64,000 bases of DNA. It comes from Tubiluchus corallicola. Lineage: Eukaryota; Animalia; Priapulida. Where the stretch lies: the NCBI GenBank assembly GCA_030141605.1, contig JAQGDQ010000145.1, positions 124,001-188,000 on the forward strand. Reading direction: 5' to 3'. The notes beneath the pieces were generated by a model. It saw only the letters and a program-made list of their open reading frames with translations. It was not told where the DNA came from and ran no database searches. Shown one piece after another: positions 1 through 12,300 of the stretch; positions within the stretch are counted from its first letter, which is position 1; the number at the start of each line of letters is the position of its first letter. The translations under genes were made by a program, and so were the position numbers.

Positions 1-740
1 AAGTTCTTTTTCTAGCGGTTATGTCAGGATAGAAAACTCATTTTGTATGCTAATGTTTACTGAGTCAGAACAAAACAGCTTACAAGAAGAAATCTCAATT
101 TGATGATAAAAATCAGTAATAACTGAAGAAGTGAAACAATAACATTTTATTGTTACAGAACATCATGAATTTGTTTGCTCTATGAGAGAAAAGATAATTT
201 TAATTGTTGAGCATGCCTTTTCAACTTTTCTATTATATTTCTGAAATTTGGCACTGATCTTGTTAATGTGCAAAATGTTTTTTAAAGACGTGGTATAATA
301 AGATGCAATTGGCTCTAAGCATAGTTTGTTGTCACTTTCAGTTTTGATTTAATTAATTTGTTTTGTGATGTTTTGGAATTGTTGTGACTTTTGACCATGG
401 GTGACCCACTTAAGGTCACCGAATAGCCGAGCCATTATGGATGTGCCTGATCTTTTTTCCTCATCAAAGGTACCTCATTAATTAACTGGCTATAAATAGA
501 ATTGAAGCCATTAACTATAAGATCCTTCTAACAAATTATTCATTTGTTAATTAAACTTATTTGTCTTCAGTTGCCTTAAATTAAATCTAAGGAATAAATA
601 CCCAACATACATGTTCACAGCATTGACAGAGGCTGCTTACAAGTCAGTGCGCTAGCAACTGAGCAAAGACTCTTATATTTCTGAGGCCTTGAAATTGTGC
701 AATTTAAAAGAGAAATTTTTTATTTACTTTTCCATTCTAG

Positions 741-2450
741 GCACAACTTCGCAATCTGCTTGATGTAGCTGAACAAACAAATCACACAACTGTTCCTTTG
801 GATGTCGTGCGATTGATTATTAGCGCACAGACAGCCGGTTCTGCTGAGGCAGCTATACAGTTAATGAAGACAGCTAATAAAAAAGAGCAGAACGCAAAAG
901 GTACATTTTATTTCGTCTGTTTTAAAGAAAGTATCAGTTTGTTTTCATCTATACCCAAAACATGGAGTACTATACCCACTCTTTGCACTTTCTACATGTT
1001 CGGTTTTATTTTTCATAATGAGCAAAACAGGTAGGAAGCTTGTTTGGACTGCATGCACATAGATAATTGTCACCATCTTTTGCAATCACATATCCACCAT
1101 TTTTAGCGATGGATTACCTGCTTGCAAGTAATAGTGCTGTTCATCTTGTTGTAATGGCATTAATTTTGTTGTCCATGTGCATTATAAAACATTACTGTTT
1201 GTGTCATTGTGAGGCAAACGTGTTATTTTCCTAAAGATGTTGATTTATAGCAATTGTAAACAGGTATCTGTAATCTGTTAACAACACCTTGAGCCTATTA
1301 GCATTATTTCGGAAGCAGCAAGCAAAAACTATTTAGAATGTTTGCGCATTCAATTTCGGGAGCAGGATAATTAAGCACTATATAGAATGTCTGCACATTA
1401 TAGATAATCAGTCAGTAGATGGATTTAGAAGAGTTTGTCATTTCACGCAATTTTCAACATTGTGTAATATGCTTTGGTTGTTGCTGTCGTTTTGTGGCAT
1501 GGTATCATGTGGTGTAGGTGAGGGGTATTTTTTTAAACTGTGGCATTGCAGTAGAAAACTATTGCAGAAAAATTGTTGAATGACTGAAAGGCGCCGATGG
1601 AAGGGCATGATCCGAAACATAGCACGTTACACTAGTGTTTGCGCATTTCACAGATAGGGTGCAAGCAAAACATATGTGAGTGCGTGTGTGTGTACCACAA
1701 GGAACTCATTGGTTTGCATTCCAGACTAGTTCAACATATTTTGTTCCTTCTCAAATCTAGTTTTCTAATCGGGGCACCCACAAGAAGTAAAAGGTGCTAT
1801 TTTTGCAGTTCTACATAGCTAATTGTTACAAATGCAACCCATATGTTAATAAATTTAAAGTTCATTTGTGTACAATGATGGCATTGAAGTATAGTGTATG
1901 CAGCGCTTAAAGTGTAGCGGATCTGTCAGGGTCGCAGACCCAGAGTTACAGACCCTGCACCTAAAGAAAAAACAATGTCTCACCAGATCGCATATTTAGT
2001 TTTTACACCATTTGATTATCTATAAGCCTATCCGTAACACATGTTAGTTGCACAATTTCCGTCTTTCAATCAACAAAATTGAACTGTAGACGATAACAGT
2101 GGGTACCTTGTTGTTGTACATATTCAGGAAAAAAGAAGTGTTTCTTGAGAAGTTGTGCACAAGAATAATGAGTTAACTCACTTTATTGCCTAGTAACTTA
2201 TTTTACTTTAGACTTGCAAAGTTAGGTGCAACAAAATTTAGCTGTAATCAGTTGGCGTGAGCCGCATGATTTTCTTTGGCAGTATATCAACATGTAAACA
2301 GGGGCTAGTGTACTTTGGGCAGTTTACGGTGCTGTCCCAGATCTCCTAGTTGTTTCTTATTCTGTTTTCACAATTTCAGGTGGACAAAAAGCAGATAAAA
2401 GTGACGACAAAGGATGCTTTCAAAAATCGTCAATTTGCACATTGGTGTAG
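741..2450 (+). CDS. 3' end (last two coding exons) of an unidentified protein with a C-terminal CaaX prenylation motif
   Basis: Exon 741-900 (ttctag|GCA...AAAG|gtacat; AQLRNLLDVAEQTNHTTVPLDVVRLIISAQTAGSAEAAIQLMKTANKKEQNAK) joins in phase 1 to exon 2380-2450 (tttcag|GT GGA...; GGQKADKSDDKGCFQKSSICTLV*). It ends in CTLV. The family was not recognised; the gene starts upstream of the window. Confidence 0.75.
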
Positions 2451-3239
2451 ATACATGGAAACGCTTATTGTCTGTTTTTAGCAACATTGGATAATCCACA
2501 CAATTTATCTCATCAGGTCCACCACAAGTTTTTTCTCAGCATCAAGACTAAGCAATACAGACATGCCTAGTAATTATGTATTGCCCTCCCAACTTTGACA
2601 AGCATTACATGTATTAGACATCCACTGCTGAGTCCAAGATAAGGGCTTTTTGAGGCCAATTTCTGGTTTAAAACCACAACATTCATAGTTGAGAAGACTC
2701 CACTATCTACAATTATCTAATTTGTTTTGTATGCACAAAGAAACAAGCTAGTAATATACAGTCGAGATCTTCATTTGTGTTTCCTGTACTTTTCTGCTTC
2801 ATCTTTCTTTCCTTGGGATTTATTCTCAGAGATGAATTAAACGTTCTGCTGATTATAGTACGCGCAAAAAATACCATGTAAATAATACCGAAACTATGGC
2901 GTCTGCTACCAAGAAAAAGGTGGAGACCAAAATGTTTATCAAAGTCAGATTCAGAAACCGGTTTTCAGATGCTGTAATTTTTATAGAAAAACATCAATTG
3001 TATATGTAACCAGCATTTTATTATTTCACTTGGCTCATTACTTTTATCAAGTGAGATTGATTAGCATTATTACTGTACTTACTGCATTTTATGGTTAAAG
3101 AAAGAATTTATTTTTTCAGTAACTTTAATTACAGTATACATTGTATTTTTGCTGTGATAATAAGTGTGATTTTATTTTAATGTGACGTGACAAGAATATT
3201 ATAGAAGTTTGTAAACTTGCGAATTTATATTAATGACTG

Positions 3240-3790
3240 CAAGGCAAGAGTCCAAGAGTCTTTACAGGTTACGAGTGTGCAGGCAATAGTACTAAGTACT
3301 TTACAGTTGACGATCATGTGGGCAAGAGTATTTCACAGTTGACGAGCATGCAAGCAAGAGTACTTTACAGTTTACGAGTGTGCAGGCAATAGTACTAAGT
3401 ACTTTACAGTTGACGATCATATGGGCAAGAGTATTTCACAGTTGACGAGCATGCGAGCAAGAGTACTTTACAGTTTACGAGTGTGCAGGCAATTGTAGTA
3501 AGTACTTTACAGTTGACGATCATATGGGCAAGAGTATTTCACAGTTGACGAGCATGCGAGCAAGAGTACTTTACAGTTTATGAGTGTGCAGGCAATTGTA
3601 GTAAGTACTTTACAGTTGACGAGCGTACTGACAAGAGTATTTTACAGTTGATGAACATGTGGACAAGAGTATTTTACAGTTGATGAACATGTGGACAAGA
3701 GTATTTTACAGTTAATGAGCATGCGGGCAATAGTACTTTACAGTTAACGAGCGCACTGACACGAACACGTTACAGTTGACGAGCGCAACA
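3240..3790. repeat. Minisatellite with a 32-bp monomer organised into 103-bp higher-order units
   Basis: Monomer approx CAAGAGTACTTTACAGTTGACGAGCATGYGRG. The marker GAGTGTGCAGGCAA recurs at 3273, 3376, 3479 and 3582 (period 103). Simple monomers follow after ~3620. Confidence 0.9.
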
Positions 3791-6700
3791 TTGCAATGCT
3801 TCAGTGACATTTCCATGACGACAAGACTGGCAAATGCCTTAAAATGTTGCCTTATTAGTACGAGTTCATATCAATTCGAATATTAATTGGACTGTGGTTC
3901 TCTGTCTCTGCTATACTATAGTTAGTTTATATAGTTAATCAGAGTTATTTTAAAATTATTCTGTATGTTTATGATAATATATTCATTAGCCTCTTCAAAG
4001 TAAATCTGTGATACTTTATTGCTTACTGATTAAGAGATATATTTATAGAAGTGTAATTTCATTTTGTTTAAAATTGTAACTTTGTTTTCGTTGTTTTTAT
4101 TCTCAGTTCTTTAAATACTAGATTAACTTGAATTATCTTGCTTCATTTTTTACAATTATGCAGATTGTTGCAATTAATAATTACAACTTCAAATAACAAA
4201 AACAATCAAAAATCAGCAAAACAAGAAATTAAAGTTTAATTTACTTTAACACAACCAATTAAAAATTTACATTTAAATTTTAAAAGATATGCTATACATC
4301 ACAAAGCTCAGTGTTTTGAAGTGAACCCAGACATTAAATTCTATGACTTGCACGAACAAAGTGCTTTTCAATGAAATATACCAGTTGAATATTAAACAAA
4401 AGTACATGCTTTAACAAAGGAAAAATTTGCTCACATAATTTCCAATGTTAAGGTCTGGTTCACATCTTATTCATCATATACCACAATGAACAATCTAAAA
4501 ATCAATGGGTAACTAAACAGTCTCAATTTTTTTTAATTTACAACATTCAAACACCAAGAACAGCACATTGCGTCAGAGTTTTTTGATGCCACAATTTAAA
4601 AACAATTTTTTTACCAGTTATTAAACGGTTATTGCAAAAAACTCTTGGTAGCATTCCGCAGCTTGAAAGCGTGCACCAAAGAAGTTAAAGCCAGATAATG
4701 GCTCAGGGTCTCAACAATAATTTTTTTGAAAAAAAAAACAAAATGTAAACACTGCATGCATGCAGTAAAGCACATACACAATATAACATATCCTCCTGTA
4801 ATTCTCTACAAAAATACCTTTGTAATCTATAACAACAACTATAGAAAACAAGTTACACAAAATGCTAATTTATGATAAGTTTAGTTTAAGTATGGTAAGT
4901 ATCGATACAGAATACTTTTTTGAAGCACAGCGCATCTTGATATGAGATTTATAACACACAATTGATATTGCAAAGAAAAATTTAATTGCAACAGCATTTG
5001 CCATGCTTTTGGCCTGTTTCTACTTGATTTTTCAATGCGATTATACAACCTGAAACACATTTTCACAACATAGCTACAAAACAAACAAAGCAATAAACAG
5101 TAAAACAGCTGACACAAAAGTACAACACAAAATAAATAATTTGCTCTTCCACCTAATTGTTACAATTATATTATTAATCAAACTACAATTTTTTAAAGAA
5201 CAGCAACTGAAAACCTCCAAAATGACTGTTTTATATCATTGTCGGAACACAGAGTAGAAACAGTGTCATTGCAGCACTTTGCAAGATCTTGGAGGAAAAC
5301 TATATCACTTTGGACAGAGAAGAAACTGGCCTGTACGCAAGCCTGGATTATCCTATAGGCTAGACTGATCAGCTTCAAGTGGTAATGTTATAGCTGACAA
5401 CAATAGGAAAGCTCAGATTGGGTGGAGTGTAACAGAAAATAGTAATGGCTACATCACAAGCAGGATGTAATCAATGTGACAGAGGTGAGTGTTGGCACAA
5501 TTAAAGCCATAGTGTTCTTACACAGCATAGGGCTCACCATGATTGGAGGCCTCAAGCTGTACTAACATTCGGTGAAAAAAATCTGTCTTTTCACTATGGT
5601 TGCGTTTAAATGTGTGTTAATTTGGTTTGCAAAAAATCGTAAAATAATGGTATTTCTTAAAGAATATTTTTATTGATAAACAAAAGATAACTATTCTAGT
5701 TCATTTGGGGGAACATTTTTTTTATAATTCCATAGTTTTACTAAGCATCTATCTATAGAACAACCGTAGTAAAACAACTTATTAATCTGATTTTATAAAA
5801 CATTTCAATTTTTACACATGACATGCTATTGGCACAAACAATGTTAAAACTACTGACTGACCAAACTGTCAACATTATTAATGCATTTCTAGGTAGTTGG
5901 CTTCTTTGGTAAAATTGTAAATGTAAACTCAAACGTTTATGAGACAAATAATAAATTTGGGAATTGATTCCAAGAGACAGTAAAAGAGCACATTTAATTT
6001 GATTCAACTACTTGTTGAGCCAACACCATGAAAAATTGACAAGTCCAACAACCGCTGAACTTTGTGCAATTGCATCCATTCCTCTGGATGAATATCAGAG
6101 TGATAAATTTTGAGATGATTAAACAAAAAGCCGGCATTAAGAAACCCTATAGCGCAGTAACCGCACATGTGCTTGACTAGCTGTATGTGGAGCTGTGTGC
6201 AGAAGTGTTCCATCAGCTCCGGAAATGAATTGGCACGGAAGTCACAAGGCTTACAGTAGAAACTATTCTCATTTGATGTACCTGAAACTAAAATATATCA
6301 AACTGTTAATAAGTGTAGTAATAGCTCAAACTTATGCATCTGCACACAATCTTATCAATGGAATACTACTGAGCAAATATGCAAAATAAAGAAGTACGAA
6401 GATGATAAATTCAATAACAGATCAGAATCGCCTAAGTATGTACTATTATTATTATAATTATACAATATCTGTGCAATCATACACATGGAATTTTGATGTT
6501 AAAACGGAGAGAAAAAAAAAGGAGCAGAAAGGTTAATTGGAAATTATTAGTCTTAAAATTTTATATGAAATGCGAATATCCTTAGTGGTGACGGTGTTAA
6601 TGAGATACGAGACACCAACAATAACTCGTGCTTTCGTACACAAAGATAATTATTATGAAGCCATGCGCATGCTGTTAATATTTCACAATTGTGTTAGGAA

Positions 6701-7009
6701 CATAATCGCAGGTAAACCTAGCAAATACCTTAAGCTGCTCGCATAATTTTTCTTCTTCACATTTTGGCTAAAAAAGAATGCATGCAATGTCAAATTATCA
6801 GCAAGGATTGTAGACAAAAAACATTATGTGAATATTAACATTAATGCAAATGCTGATACTAGAACAATTGTGGTGAAACAAGATTTGCTCCTTATCTTTG
6901 CTGACTAATATACTTAAATATTGTTCAATGATTAGATTACACAAATAGTTGCAATTTCTGTCCTTACTCATCTTGCAGAAATGATTTTGGGTGTTTTCAA
7001 CCATAGCAG

Positions 7010-7540
7010 AGAGAACATACTAAGGTAACTACACCATTACAGCCTTGTGAGAATATACTTATAAGGTAACCACACCATTACAGCCTAGTGAGAACATACT
7101 TATAAGGTAACTACACCATTACAGTCTTGTGAGAACATACTTATAAGGTAACTACACCATTACAGTCTTGTGAGAACATACTTATAAGGTAACTACACCA
7201 TTACAGCCTTGTGAGAACATACTTATAAGGCAACTGCACCATTACAGTCTTGTGAGAACATACTTATAAGGTAACTACACCATTACAGCCTTGTGAGAAC
7301 ATACTTATAAGGTAACTACACCATTACAGTCTTGTGAGAACATACTTATAAGGTAACTACACCATTACAGTCTTGTGAGAACATACTTATAAGGTAACTA
7401 CACCATTACAGCCTTGTGAGAACGTACTTGTAAGACAACTACAGCATTACAGCATTGTGAGAACGTACTTGTAAGTTAACTACACCATTACAGCCTTACG
7501 AGAAGATACCTATAATGTAACTGCGCCTTTCCAGCATTGC
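7010..7540. repeat. 41-bp minisatellite, ~13 copies
   Basis: Unit GAGAACATACTTATAAGGTAACTACACCATTACAGYCTTGT; AAGGTAAC at 7022 and 7063 gives the period. Confidence 0.95.
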
Positions 7541-9312
7541 CGATCAAGGTGTCAAAAGAAAAACACAAGCAACATGGAGGGTATTTCTTAACTGTGTTGC
7601 CGCTCAAACATGAAAAACCTCTAGAATTTTTACTATCCTTAATATTTCTAAAACAAGAAGGCTAAAGCAGATAGAAGCTAAAGGAGCTGAATAACAGATA
7701 AATGCTAGTTAGCAAAGCTATAATGGCGATGATATATAAATCTAATTTAATTGCAACATCTAATTTTAAAAAGCAAAATTAAAAGAAGCAGACCTTTTCT
7801 GTTTAAAATCTTTCAAGATTAATAATGTTATTTAAAAGACTAAAACTAAATATTTTACGTAACCCAAACAACGAAAATAAGCATTAAATTTTGCATAGTC
7901 AAATCTGGAGCTACAACACTTTGGAGGACCTCGTTCAATGGGCAACATAAGCGACTTACTGCTACGCCACAGAAGAGAATTCCACTGCCAAATTTTAAGA
8001 TATTTGGGTTTGTTGTAATATAAAAGAAAGTACCTTAAAGTAAAAATGAAAAAACTCATTGGTATGTCAATGACATGCATATCACTGCTTATCACTGCAA
8101 TTATACCAGGGGCAGGTACACCTGTGTGCAACTATAAAAAAAGTACAAAATTGAAAAGACAATTATAGTACTACAGCTGAAATATACTGATTATTATAAG
8201 CTAAACTGCTGTGCCCAAGAAACATCCTATGAGTAGGGCTGCTACTCCCATGCATGGAAAAGACAGACATGTCACTTGGAATGAGCAAAAGTAACCTGAA
8301 ATATTACAGACCAGCCCATTTAATGCATCTAATAATGACAGAAAAACGTTCCAGCATACATCTATAAAGGGTTGCCACTTTGTAGTTTGGGGAATGCAGT
8401 AGGTTGAAAGCTACCCAGAGGGAGGGGTCCAGAATACCGAAAACAGATGCACTTCCTTTCTTATGAACATAAATCAAGAAATTTAAAGCTCAAAGTAGAT
8501 CATCCAGTTTTGCAGTACCTTTCCAGTCCCAACAAATTTCTCACATTTTTGAGCTTGGAATGGAAATAGTTTTCCAGATTAAATTATTAAAAGCGTTACG
8601 TTATGAGAATTAAAACTAAATCTTCTCTTCCATGCCTTTTCTGTTTTACTTAAATTTCAATATGATGGTCGAGATTTCAGAATTTTTGCAAAATCCAACC
8701 GAACTACGTATGTAAGGCAAAATTTCAGTGGCAACCCAACATTTATAATAATTCAGCCACATGCTACACAAAAAGATTTTTATAGCAAAAGAAATAGAAA
8801 CAACAGAACTCATTTACAAGATTCACCTTCATGAATGGATTCATAGTGTTTCTGTAAGATCTCAGTTGTCCCACAACGAAAATTACATTTATGACAAAAG
8901 CACCAACGCTGTTGCCCTGAAATCACAAATTATCAACATCTAAATGGAGAAGCATCACGTAGTTGTTCAATAAAACAACATGCAGGCAAGTCATATAGAA
9001 TAAGTGATTCACATATCCAACTGAATTCATTTTTCTTTGTCACCTTTCAAACCTCAGCTTTGTCTAGAGCTTACGGAAAGATGTATAGTAATAAATCGCT
9101 GTTAATAAGAAGGCATTAAAGTGCAGTACTGTGTCATATTCAGGGTACCCAGAACATACACCATATCGATCAAAATTAAAGTGGTTTTTCGGAGAGTTAT
9201 ATCTCACAAAGGACGATAAGCAACTTGCGGCGAAAAGATGCAATAACAAAGTATCACAGTGCGGACTGACAAGCAAATGCCAGATCAGAGACTAGCAAGA
9301 ATGAAGTTTATG

Positions 9313-12300
9313 TCAAGAACTGCCATAGTTGAGAGGCAAGGTGGTGGTATCCATTGATGCAATTCCCTTTAAACAGACCAAAGCTATAACAAACAAATAG
9401 ACAATGTTGACAACACAAGTGTGAAAGCCAAAAACGTTGATGACCACAAAGTTACTCAGACATCACCTATAGCTAAAACAAAACTCACTATGGTTAATTA
9501 AGTAGAAAGAAACAAATATGCTCTTTGACAGGAAGTCACTTAAGAGAAAAAGTCAACACAAGATCATCATTAAAAGCAAGTCTTATGGGAGAAACACTCC
9601 CATATGGGAAATTACGCTGTAGACTTTGCAAGCATGCCTAGATTTCAAGCCGTTATGCACTTCAAAAACCTACATAGATTTGTCAATATCATTGAGCAAC
9701 AAAATACCTATTTAAATTATGTATGCTTTAGCATGCTGTTATTTATATCTAAACAGGCTCAGACAAGGGAATTTTGTGTGAAATAAGGCGCAATGGACAA
9801 GGTCAAAATTGCACTTTTTAAAAATTACTGTCAAACAACAAATTCAAAGTTTACTTAATCATTATTTAAGTATGTAAACAGTGCTTAATTTAATATGTGC
9901 GACTAACGGAAATATTTTGATACCTAACTTGTTTAAAAGAAAATTGAATTTATTTTATGTAGTAGCCCCATTAATTTTGCACTATTCATACAATATCCAG
10001 TTATACGAATTTGCTCTGTAGACAGTTTTAATACTGTGTTTCCTCAGCACACAGATGCAGACATACTGATGAACTTATTGAATAGCTGGTACTGCGGAAG
10101 TCAAGTGTAATATATTACTTTCCCTGCTCAAGCAACTGAAGATTTCTGCAAATGAAACTTAAGCCACTTATGGAAAGTTTCAAATTAAGAAACACAAAGT
10201 GAAGAATTACCCGTGTGCACGGCCGCATCGTGTTCCTGCAACTGTTCAATAGTTCTGCATCGAAACTTGCATTTGCGACAAAAGCACCAACACAGTCCTA
10301 TAATCACAACATTAGTATGTTAGTAAAAGATGCCTCAATTAATATTAATATTTAAGAGTAAATTATATTATTTTTATTCGAACTTCAAACAGATCTTTAA
10401 GAGACTGTCAAAAATAACACGAATAAAAATATTTAAAGTTGGGTAAGCCAGCCGCTGAGATGTTACTAAAGGTTTATTATACATGCATGCATCTAGATTC
10501 AAGATTTTCAGGATAAAAGATACAAATGAACACCCGGAAAATTGCAGATATGCATCCCTGAAATTGATTCTTAATAATCAAAACAATAACACTCAAAAAT
10601 TCACAGTTTCGCTATGCGTGCACAGTTGCTGCAGGTCAAAGGCTAAGTGAACCCAGCGCATCTTACTTAACAATAACCGTAACTTGACCTTAATTACATA
10701 ACTATATGTAGGTGAATCCGGGGTAAAATCATGGTTATTTTTATTATTATAATACATGTGTATAGTTTTAAACTGACATATTAATCTATCCGAAAGCAGC
10801 TAGTAAATAGCAGCAATCCACACAATATGAAACAACTGAAGCGAAAATTAACGCCAAGAACTGTTACTATTACAATAGCACAGGTTGTGATACGTTGCCA
10901 AGTGTAAACAAAAGCATTGTTTTGTTCAGATAATGTTAGGTTCACTTAACCTTTGACCTTTTCACTATCAGTATCAATCGCTGGAACCGTGAAAAGGCTT
11001 ATTAAAAAAAATCATATAATGAATGAACTGAACAATGCATTATTTTCTGATGCAGACGTCGTATTTTGCTTATAACTGTGTGGCTTGTGCGTGCGGAATG
11101 CCGGGAGTGTCGGGAATGCCTTGGTGTGTATTATTATGTATAGGTGATTCTCTGCAGATTTTCTAAACCAAAATAGACCTAAAAGCCAAGCACTTTGCTG
11201 CATTGGATTCTATTTTCTTACCAGCCCACTGCCGAACACATTCTTTTCTAACAACTTTATTTACATGCTGTATTTTTATTACCAGTAAGTTACAATGGCA
11301 AACAAATTAACTGTTATATAAATATTCTGTCCAGCGTTTTTTACGGGGGTTAAAAGCGTTAAACTTAAATAAGTTAATAAGACAACATGGCAGCACAAGA
11401 ACAGCGGTTACCAAACGCAATGTTTTTCTTTTTTATATTATGCGCTTAGCTATGTATGAATGTGTTATAGATAAAAAAACGAAAAAATGTATTTGCTTTG
11501 TTTGCGGTTTTGCCTTTTCCACTATAGTTGCATATCAAAAGCCTTCAGTTTTGCTTTCTCTTTGCTAGAATTTTATTTCATTAATTAAATGCTCTCTATT
11601 ACCAATATTCACAGTTCATCACACCACATACTTTGCTGCCCTTCTCAGAATCTAATATATACATGTGTTCGTAAAACTCACAACAACTTATTACACAAAA
11701 CATTTCAACGGATGTGTGCATTTATAAGTTAGAAATAAAGCAGTAGTCAAGTTTACCAATTTTAACTGTATTTCAGGGCACTGTTTTGGACCCCTCAATT
11801 AGAGATGTTATACGATACAAATTTGGCTATACAATAAAGACACGATATGATACTTTTTTCCAATGTTCGATAACTATAATCTATTTTTCAGGTGATACAA
11901 TATGACAAATTATTTTGAACGATAAAAATGATACTGAACGTGTGATTAGCTATTATTGTACTGCAACACCCTACAGCAGGCTGTTTCCTAATTAATGTGT
12001 AGATACATGGAGAATTTATGACAAAGTTCTCTTCTTTGTCTAGTCACAAAATAATATAAAAATATGAACCATATGACAGATAAATATATTACATATAGTA
12101 TATAAATCTATTACCATATAATGTATTTATTTATGTGAGCTGCACTGCTGCAAGTAAGTGATGTAACTGGGAAATGGCTTTAAAAATATTGCATTTAGCA
12201 TTTGTGTGTCAGTAACTGACTGAAGACAGCCGCTATTGCAGAAAGAAAGAACAAGAAGACTATTCAAACAATCTTATTTACAACTTCTTTTTTCAACTTT

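Noticed and set aside
100-126. TGATGA...CTGA as a C/D-box snoRNA
   Set aside because: Spacing is far too short and there is no terminal stem. I found no convincing snoRNA or snRNA by eye; an Infernal/Rfam scan would be needed to exclude them.
7010-7540. 41-bp array as a CRISPR array or a second splice-site array (contains AAG|GTAACT and TTACAG)
   Set aside because: Units are contiguous with no unique spacers and no cas genes. The splice-like motifs are on the + strand, where no exon was found.
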